The position numbers and the translations under genes were made by a program. Below are positions 56,585 to 64,000 of a DNA stretch of 64,000 nucleotides, piece after piece (position 1 is the first letter of the stretch; every line of letters starts with the position of its first letter). The DNA lies in contig CP068257.2 of NCBI GenBank assembly GCA_009914755.4, positions 24,832,001 to 24,896,000 of the forward strand. The letters are read 5' to 3'. The notes under the pieces are model-generated. The model did no database searches. It was not told the DNA's origin and saw only the letters and a list, made by a program, of their open reading frames with translations. The DNA is from the human T2T-CHM13v2.0 reference genome, Homo sapiens.

Positions 56585-56982
56585 TATTTTTTTTAATTAT
56601 ACTTTAAGTTCTGGGATACATGTGCAGAACGTGCAGGTTTGTTACATATGTATACACGTGCCATGGTGGTTTGCTGCACCCATCAACCTGTCATCTAAAT
56701 GAGGTATTTCTCTTAATGTTATCCCTCCCCTATCCCCCAACCCCTCGACAGGCCCCGGTGTGTGATGTTCCCCTCCCTGTGCCCATGTGTTCTCATTGTT
56801 CAACTCCCACTTATGAGTGAGAACAGGCAGTGTTTGGTTTTCTGTTCTTGTGTTATTTTGCTGAGAATGATGGTTTCCAGCTTCATCCATGTGCCTGCAA
56901 AGGACATGAACTCATCCTTTTTTGTGGCCACATAGTATTCCATGGTGTATATGTGCCACATTTTCTTTATCCAGTCTATCAG
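56585..56982 (-). mobile_element. L1PA-type 3' end (antisense), near-consensus, poly-T at 56585-56596; inserted into or abutting the Tigger fossil
   Basis: ttttatttttttttaattatactttaagttctgggatacatgtgcagaacgtgcaggtttgttacatatgtatacacgtgccatggtggtttgctgcacccatcaacctgtcatctaaatgaggtatttctcttaatg…ctgagaatgatggtttccagcttcatccatgtgcctgcaaaggacatgaactcatccttttttgtggccacatagtattccatggtgtatatgtgccacattttctttatccagtctatcag. Confidence 0.85.
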
Positions 56983-57477
56983 AGAAATTCATTGACAAGT
57001 TTGCCAAGGTCATCACTGATAAAAATGTGACACTAGGACAAGTCTATAATGATGATGCAATGTGACTGTTTTAGTGTTAGTGGCCCAGAAAGACACTGAC
57101 TACAGCCAATCAGACAGCTCCTACAGGAATTAAGAATGCCAAAGAGAGAATAACTGTGCTGAGAGGTGCTAATGCAGCAGGCACGCATAAGTGTAAACTT
57201 GCTGTAATAGTCAAAAGCTTGCATCCTCCTTGTTTTCAAGGAGTAATTTTTTTAACCAGTCCATTATTACGCTAATAAAAAGACATGGATCACCAGGGAC
57301 ACCTCGTCGGATTGGTTTCACAAACATTTTGCATCAGTGGCTCATGCTCACCACAGGGAAGCTGGATTGGATGGATGACTATTGCAAGATTGTGTTATTC
57401 CTTGACAACCGTTCTTCTCATCCCGCGGCTGAAATTCCCATAAAAATAATGTCTATGTCATGTACTTTCCCCTAAAT
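56983..57477 (+). mobile_element. pogo/Tigger-family DNA transposon fossil, part 1 (5'-truncated; central transposase coding region with frameshifts)
   Basis: Translating 57123-57260 gives NAKERITVLRGANAAGTHKCKLAVIVKSLHPPCFQGVIFLTSPLL. This matches my recollection of Tigger1 transposase …[46 protein letters not shown]…. A downstream shifted frame gives DYCKIVLFLDNRSSHPAA, which is the pogo DDE-region motif (K)ILLLIDNAPGHP. Confidence 0.7.
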
Positions 57478-57870
57478 ATGACTTATATGGTTTGGCTCTG
57501 TGTCCCCACCCAAATCTCATGTCAAACTATAATCCCCACGTGTTGAAGGAGAATCCTGGTGGGAGGGGATTGAATCCCTGGACTTCCTCCTTGCTGTTAT
57601 CATGATAGAGTTTTCACGAGATCTGGTTGTTTAAAAGTGCAGCATTTTTCCCTTCATTTTCTCTCTCCTGCTCCAACATGGGGAGTCATGCTTGCTTCTC
57701 CTTCACTTTCCACTATGACTGGAAGTTTCCTGAGGCCTCCCCAGCTGTGGAACTAACTCTTCCTGTACAGCCTGTGGAACTCTTGAGTCAATGAAACCTC
57801 TTTTCTTCATAAATTACCCAGTCTCAGGTAGTTCTTTATAGCAGTGTGAGAACGGGCTATGACAATGACT
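57478..57870 (+). mobile_element. MaLR solo LTR (THE1/MST-like), sense, inserted into the Tigger fossil
   Basis: tgacttatatggtttggctctgtgtccccacccaaatctcatgtcaaactataatccccacgtgttgaaggagaatcctggtgggaggggattgaatccctgg…gaactcttgagtcaatgaaacctcttttcttcataaattacccagtctcaggtagttctttatagcagtgtgagaacgggctatgaca. Confidence 0.75.
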
Positions 57871-59214
57871 TTATTAACTCAGTCATGTGGCCAGGGTATC
57901 CTTAGATCGATAAAGAGTAAATATAAAAACATTTTCTTGAACAGCGTGCTAGCCAGCAGTGAACAGAGGTGTGAATGTGGAAAGTTTTCAAACCTTTAAG
58001 GTTTGAAAAAAGTTCAGCATGAAGAATGCCATACATACTGTTGCCAATGCTTGAAACATAGTGATTAAAGTCAAAGTTGTGCATGCCTGACACAACCTCT
58101 GGCCTGCAACTAAGTTCAGTGATGATGATGAACAAGGTGGTGACTTTGAAGGATTCTGTAATTTGAAGGATTATGTAAAGCGAGAAAAAAAGAATGTCTG
58201 ATTTCCTTACATATGCAAAAAATATATCTTCAGAGTTCATTAGTAAGCTGGAAGAGGTGAATATCGAAGACATTTTTAATATCAATAATGAGGCTCTAGT
58301 TCATTCACTGATGATGAAATAGCTGAAATGGTTCTGAATCAAGGTGATCATGAAAACAGTAACAATGAAGATGATGTCAACACTGCAGAAAAGGTGCCTA
58401 TAGACAACATGGTGAAAATGTGTGATGGGCTTATTGAAGGACTAAAGCAGCATGCATTTGTAACAGGACAGGAAATCATGTCAGTTTATAAAGTCAGTGA
58501 GAGGCTTCTAAGACAAAAGCTATTGTTAAGGAGGCAGATGACTCTGGAGGAAACATTTTAAAAAGCCATCCAGCAGAATGCTCTTATCCCTAGAGGACCC
58601 GTTTCCTGGTCCCTCCACTGCTTCTGACATTTCTTCTCACCTAAAAAAATAAAATACAGTGTATAGAAACCTTTTAATTAAAACACAGCATAGTAGGTGG
58701 AAATGGAAAGGCTGCCATTGTTTGTTCCTGCTGTTGTTTAGCAGCTGATACAGGTATTCTGTTACTGTGCTGCTTAGCTACTCTGAACATGTTAATTTTT
58801 CACTGTATTAATGGTTTTCCATATTTTCAACTAAGTACTTATGTACGAATAAGTGTAAGAAAATGCTTGTTTATTGGTGGCACATAAATTCAGAGTCAGA
58901 AATGATGGTGATGCCAAACAACCACAGATTTTCCATGTGGGTGGCTAAGATAGTGACACCTTTGCTTTCTGATGGTTCAATGTACACAAACTGTTTCATG
59001 CACAAAATTATTAAAAAATGTCGTATAAAATTATCTTTATGTTATGTTTATAAGGTATGTATAAAACATAAACAAATTTTGTGTTTAGACTTGGGTTCTA
59101 TACCCAAGGTATCTTATTATGTATATGCAAATATTCCAAAATCCAAAAAATTCTTAAGTCTGAAATACTTCTGGTCCCATGCATTTTGGATAAGGGATAC
59201 TCAACCCGGAATCT
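57871..59214 (+). mobile_element. pogo/Tigger-family DNA transposon fossil, part 2 (C-terminal transposase remnant, acidic tail, 3' non-coding region and terminus)
   Basis: Translation gives …CGQGILRSIKSKYKNIFLNSVLAS… (compare Tigger MDQGVISTFKSYYLRNTFRKAIAA), …DDDEQGGDFEGF… (compare MDDFEGFKTS) and the ORF MVLNQGDHENSNNEDDVNTAEKVPIDNMVKMCDGLIEGLKQHAF… (the acidic C-terminus typical of Tigger transposases). The 3' end ccaaaatccaaaaaattcttaagtctgaaatacttctggtcccatgcattttggataagggatactcaacc resembles Tigger/MER44-type terminal sequence. Confidence 0.65.
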
Positions 59215-59239
59215 CATGAGCCAATTCCCATAATGGTAA

Positions 59240-59400
59240 ATATATTTATTTATTATAAGAAATATGTATTGTAGTAAATATTATTTACTATTTACTATAG
59301 TAAATACATATTTTTACTGTTTACTAATTTATACATATATATTATATGCATAGTATATTTATAAATACTTATAAATATTTATATATATTTACTATTACAG
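59240..59400. repeat. AT-rich low-complexity tract with tattta/ctat-type tandem motifs
   Basis: taaatatatttatttattataagaaatatgtattgtagtaaatattatttactatttactatagtaaatacatatttttactgtttactaatttatacatatatattatatgcatagtatatttataaatacttataaatatttatatatatttactattaca. Confidence 0.8.
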
Positions 59401-59450
59401 GAATTGGCTTACGGAATTATGAGGACTGATAATTATGAGGGCTCACAATA

Positions 59451-59839
59451 TGTCATTTGCAAGCTGCAGAACCAGGAAAGCTGGTGACTTAATACGGTCT
59501 AAGTCTGAAGGCCTGAGAACCAGGGGTCTGTGGTATAAGTTCTGGAGCTCAAAGATCTGAGAACAAAGAACACTGAAGTCCAAGGGCAGAAGAAGATGAA
59601 TGTCCCAGCTCAGATAGGGCAAATTCACCCCTCCTCTGCCTTTTTGTTCTAGCTGTGCTGTCAGTTGATTGGAGGATGTCCACTCACATTGGTGAGGGTG
59701 ATCTTCTTCCCCCAGTCCACGAATTCAAATGCTAATCTCTTCCAGAAACACCCTCACAGTCACACCCAGAAATAATGTTTACCAGCTATGTGAGTATCCC
59801 TTAGCCCAGTCAAGTTGACACATAAAATTCACCATCACA
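59451..59839. mobile_element. Unclassified interspersed repeat, probably a solo LTR (TG…CA termini, about 390 bp)
   Basis: tgtcatttgcaagctgcagaaccaggaaagctggtgac…gtcccagctcagatagggcaaattcacccctcctctgcctttttgttctagctgtgctgtcagttgattggaggatgtccactcacattggtgagggtgatcttcttcccccagtccacgaattcaaatgctaatctcttccagaaacaccctcacagtcacacccagaaataatgtttaccagctatgtgagtatcccttagcccagtcaagttgacacataaaattcaccatcaca. I recognise this as a recurrent repeat motif but could not assign the family. Confidence 0.4.
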
Positions 59840-59842
59840 ATT

Positions 59843-59883
59843 AGGTTGTTGCTATTGCTGTTGTTATTGCTGCTGTTGTTGGT
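59843..59883. repeat. Imperfect (GTT/GCT)n trinucleotide-like tract
   Basis: ttgttgctattgctgttgttattgctgctgttgttggtg. Confidence 0.7.
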
Positions 59884-61194
59884 GTGCGTGTGTATGTATT
59901 TTCTGTGCAATGCTTGCTGTTCGTCTGAGAGTGAAAAGATTATAAAAGTGAATGTTAGCAAACACAAATTTACATAAAAACCCACCAAAGTCACTTATTC
60001 TTTCATGGCAGAAGACCTACAAGCTTTTGTTAGGAATTGAGGACACAGGTGTACCTAAGATTAATTCAAATGACATAAAATTCAGGATTCCAGTGTAACT
60101 GCGCCACAGAAACAGAGCACCAAGCACACATAGCATGCCACTCACCATTATTTCTGGTACTATGTTAGCAGTTCATTCAAATCAGTTTCAGCCATTTGTC
60201 AACCAGAATCTCATAATGGCCTCGCAAAAATATTTGTCAATATTTCACTAATACTGCTATGATATATTTGCATTTGTTTGTTTACCTGTCCAGTTTCTCA
60301 ATTACAACACTTTGAGGACAGAAATGATGTCTTATTTTGTTATATCTTCAGAAACTTGCATTTTATTTGCGTAATAAGGGCTTAACAAAGGATTACTGTT
60401 AAATGAGTAAGTTAATGAATGAATTACTGCTTTCTCAACTTCTCCAGACTCAGCTTCAGAGGCAGTGGCCTCTCTATTGCATCTCTATTATGTGTTAATG
60501 TGCTGAATCTTTTCTTGCCCCTCCTGATCTACTCTCTACCTTGCTCCATCTTGCTCAGTCATCAGGGAGGCTGATGCATGGTGACTATATCAAGAGACCA
60601 ACTTCTCCTTTGTCTTCTGTTTGGATTTGCCCAATGAAAGCCTGGCACAGGAGACTGGAGATGGAGAGGAAAGGGAGAATAAAACCTTTGATCCTTTGGC
60701 TCGCTCTCAGTATCGTTGCCACTTAACCACCTTGCACTATAGACTGCCATGACTCTCATGGACATCCTCTTCCTATACCTACTGTCTCTGCATTTTCGTA
60801 ACTGTTCCCTCCCTTTCAGGCTTAGAAATGGCAAGGGATCTCTGTTGTTAATAACCCAGAATATTGCACCATATTTTCTTGACTTCCTTAATCCTGCCTG
60901 CACTGTTATAAAAGATGCATTTGTTAAACTCTCTTCAATTTCCTGTCTGAGTATGCTATTTGTTTCCTGCTGGGATTGACAGATATAGACAGGTACTGTA
61001 ATAGTTGTATGTACGATCTTATGTAATTAATTTTACTCCTTGAGTTTGCAAAGTAAATATAACTATTCCCATTTTACAGAATACCTATGATACAAATGTA
61101 TTCTATCTGGAATTCTTATTTTATTATTTATTTATTTACTTAACTTATTCATTCATTTTTATTTCCCACAGTTCATTGGAAATTCATCTCTTGG

Positions 61195-61400
61195 CAAGAA
61201 TATACACCGGGGACTACTGTGGGGGTGTTTGGGGGAAGGGAGCAAATGTTGAAAAACTAACTATTAGGTACTATGCTCACCACCCAGGTGGTAGGATCAA
61301 TTGTATCCCAAACGTCAGCATCATACAATATACCCATGTAACAAACCTGCATATGTACCCCTGAATCTAAAATGAAAGTTAAAATTATTTTAAAAAATTA
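61195..61400 (+). mobile_element. L1 3'-end fragment (old L1, sense)
   Basis: ggggactactgtgggggtgtttgggggaagggagc…taggtactatgctcaccacccaggtggtaggatcaattgtatcccaaacgtcagcatcatacaatatacccatgtaacaaacctgcatatgtacccctgaatctaaaatgaaagttaaaattattttaaaaaattaaat. Compare with L1 gggactgttgtggggtgggggg…cctaatg…gatgacgagttaatgggtgcagcacaccaacatggcacatgtatacatatgtaacaaacctgcacgttgtgcacatgtaccctaaaacttaaagtataat. Confidence 0.65.
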
Positions 61401-62033
61401 AATAAGAGGAACTTTATCTCTTGATACAACTGCTAGAGCAGGGTGGTACAGAGACAACCTGGCACAAAGGAAGTGTCTCCACTGGATAAACGAGTAGGCC
61501 GCTTTAAGAGGGCTCATTGTTGAATGTGGGCAAAAAGGGGGAGAGGGAAAGTTATAAAAGAAGGAATGAATGGAAGAGGCTCAGCTCAGAATAATTTTGC
61601 TATTATAAACAACAGTACTAATAAAGTTTTGCTCCTTCTATTCGTTTGAATAGAGCAAGGAAGGCTTGTGAAATTTTTATTAATACCTAGCCTAATAGCT
61701 ATGGGGTTAAGTCAATGAATTCTAAACCAGATATTATTACAGCACCCTCTAAAAACTAGGGGCTCTCTCCAATTTTACTTGTTTCGTATGCAATCTCTGC
61801 ATTCTGAGAGCTCTTTTCCATACCTGTGCTGCCACAGTGAGTCGGTGGCCACTCTCAGATCTCCATCCTCTAAGATCTACTCCAGTTTTTCTATCAGGCT
61901 CAAGAGTGGAGTGAATTCTGAGCCACCTCCATGGGAAGATGTTTGTAACTTACTTATGCAGTGAAACTCAGTGAGTTTGTATGTTCCCTTTGCCACTTAT
62001 GCTCTAAGTTGCCAGAGAAGCATGAGAAAGAGG

Positions 62034-62407
62034 TGTATTAGTCTGTTTTCACATTGATATACAGAACAACCTAAGACTGGGTAGTTTATAAAGAAAAGAA
62101 GTTTAATTGACTCACAGTTCGGCAGGCTGTACAAGAAGCATGGCTGGGAGGCTTCGAGACGCTTACAACCATGGTGAAAGGTGAAGGGGAAGCAAGCATG
62201 TCTTCACATGGCGGCAGGAGAGAGAGAGTGATGGGGGAGTTGCTACGCACTTGCAAACAACTGGATCTCATGAGAACTCTATCATGAGAAAAGCAAGGGC
62301 AAAGTCCACCCCCATGATTCAATTATCTCCCACCAGGCCCCTTCCCTGACACATGCGGATTACAATTTGACATGATATTTGGTGGAGACACAGAGCAAAA
62401 TCATATC
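62034..62407 (-). mobile_element. MaLR solo LTR (MST/THE1-like), antisense
   Basis: tgtattagtctgttttcacattgatatacagaacaacctaagactgggtagtttataaagaaaagaagtttaattgactcacagttcggcaggctgtacaagaagcatggctgggaggcttcgagacgcttacaaccatggtgaaaggtgaagggg…ccccatgattcaattatctcccaccaggccccttccctgacacatgcggattacaatttgacatgatatttggtggagacacagagcaaaatcatatca. Confidence 0.75.
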
Positions 62408-62974
62408 AAGAGAGTAGACATAACTTACTGTTGAAAGCTACACAGGCATTAAGCCCTGCTTTTCCACGAGATGCTTTATTATGCTTTTAATAAATGGGTA
62501 TGTTTATAGTCTGTGTGATTTAAGAAATGGTATACCAAAGGGAGGTGATGTCAAATTATAACATTTCAAAATCAGGTAAGGCAGGAACTTCAGACTTTTT
62601 TTGGAAGGTCTAAGAAAGTTACCTGAGTACATTTTAAACACCATTGCCTCCATTCTTCAGAGGGTTTCGTTTCAGGAAAGCATAACAAGAGTCATTCTAA
62701 TGTGATTATAAAGGACCCGAAGCTTTGCTTTTAAAATTCAATACTTAGGTAGAAAGAAAATGATAACTTTTTCCCTTTGATTTTTATTCACTATTTTTAT
62801 AACACTAGCAGCCCTGAGACACCGGATTGGAAATATCTATGCCTCTTGATGTTACCTGGGCACCACTGCATCACAGTCCTTTAACCGGGTCTGTTTTCAT
62901 CTGTTCCTTGATCTTCTGCATTCTCCCCCACCAAGCGACATCATTTCTATACTCTTTAGACTTATTCTCAGCTT

Positions 62975-63070
62975 TCTGGATGCTAAATTTGCCTGTTCAC
63001 TGATTCAATAAACATTTACTGAGCACCTACTGTGTGCCAGGCCCAGATAGAGATCCTGCACTCATGGAAA
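62975..63070 (-). mobile_element. Ancient MIR/L2-type repeat fragment
   Basis: gattcaataaacatttactgagcacctactgtgtgccaggcccagatagagatcctgcactcatggaaattccagtc. Confidence 0.45.
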
Positions 63071-63835
63071 TTCCAGTCAAACAAAAGGGCCAAGAATGTG
63101 CAATTGTAAATACTGGTATGTTCTGTGATGGAAAAGCATTAAGTGCAGGGGCATAAGGTAAGGAATCTTATCTGGTGTGCGGGTTCAGAGTTTTCCTAGG
63201 TTATGATGTTGGAGGAGAGTTGTGATTGATGAGCCTACGTTAATTAACTGAGGAGCATAGGAGTAAATATAGGAAAGGGGTTAGATAGAAAGCATGGCAT
63301 ATGCAGGGACTCGGAGACTCTGTGGTGCTGAAATCAGGTATGGATTTGACTTAAACCACTGTACTCCAGTGAACTCATGCATAAGGTAAAAGCTCAGACC
63401 TTAAGGGATACAAGTCTGCTTTACCTATCCTGTTCTTTCGTGTAACAATCCTTTTTTTGCTTCACAACTCAGAACACATAAAGGGATGATGGAGGGAGGT
63501 AGATGGTGGAGAGTCTGGCTTTTATTGCAATACTAAAAAGCTCTCAGTGCTTGGGCCAATCAAGGTTTACCTGTTGCTCAAGTTTTATGTCCACCTTGGC
63601 TAGGCAGAAAGGGAGCTTTCATTCTTTATTGGTACTCAGTGATTCTGGCTGGCAGAGGCTTTACTGTTACAGAGAAGAGCACACGCCAAATAATTAACCA
63701 GCTCTGAGAACTTCTCTCTAGAAGTGTTGCACCTTTCACTGGGCAAAGCAAATCGAGGGCAATGCTTAACCTCCAACTGCAGCAGGGTGGAGCCAGCCTG
63801 ATGTTTCAGGCTGGTAAGTAGAAAGCTAGAAATAT

Positions 63836-64000
63836 TTGGTGAGTGCTATGGTCCGAATATTTGGGTCCCCTTAAAATTCATACGTTGACCCCTAATCACC
63901 CATTTGATGGTATCAGGAGGTGGGGTCTGTTGGGAGATGATTAGAATGGGATTAGCAACCTTATCAAAAAACTGCCTTATCCCTCTTCCACCATGCGAGG
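63836..64000 (+). mobile_element. MLT1-type MaLR LTR, 5' portion (continues past the window end)
   Basis: tgctatggtccgaatatttgggtccccttaaaattcatacgttgacccctaatcacccatttgatggtatcaggaggtggggtctgttgggagatgattagaatgggattagcaaccttatcaaaaaactgccttatccctcttccaccatgcgagg. Compare with MLT1 tcatatgttgaagccctaacccccaatgtgatggtatttggagatggggcctttgggaggtaattaggtttagatgaggtcatgagggtggggccctcatgatgggattagtgcccttataagaagagacaccagagagctctctctccaccatgtgagg. Confidence 0.6.

Noticed and set aside
59215-59435. Interpreting the palindrome plus AT-rich tract as a MITE
   Set aside because: The inverted core is only about 10-11 bp and no target-site duplication is evident. It is kept as a low-interest finding, not a feature.

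Overview
This window is primate, almost certainly human, genomic DNA. It is AT-rich and dominated by interspersed repeats, and it has no CpG island. It contains no prokaryotic-style operon, rRNA, tRNA or CRISPR array. About 50 repeat features are supported directly by sequence: Alu SINEs on both strands, several with intact target-site duplications (TSDs) and one very young AluY; L1 3' ends of different ages, including an L1 inserted inside another L1; seven MaLR/THE1-MST-MLT1-type solo LTRs; MIR/L2-like fossils; and a pogo/Tigger DNA-transposon remnant that still translates to recognisable transposase peptides but is broken by an L1 and a THE1/MST LTR. Several microsatellites and low-complexity tracts are also present. 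The ORF-track entries are essentially all translations of Alu, L1 or LTR sequence or random AT-rich ORFs. I found only one protein-coding candidate: a 158-bp internal exon on the minus strand (6396-6553) with a strong polypyrimidine-AG acceptor and a GTGAGC donor. It encodes a 26-residue hydrophobic helix followed by a basic stop-transfer segment (…[49 protein letters not shown]), which looks like the transmembrane exon of a large type-I membrane-protein gene whose other exons lie outside the window. I could not assign it to a gene from memory. I see no evidence of a novel biological system. The noteworthy items are the candidate exon, the young AluY, the nested and fragmented mobile-element structures, and two unexplained repeat pairs (one inverted, one direct).
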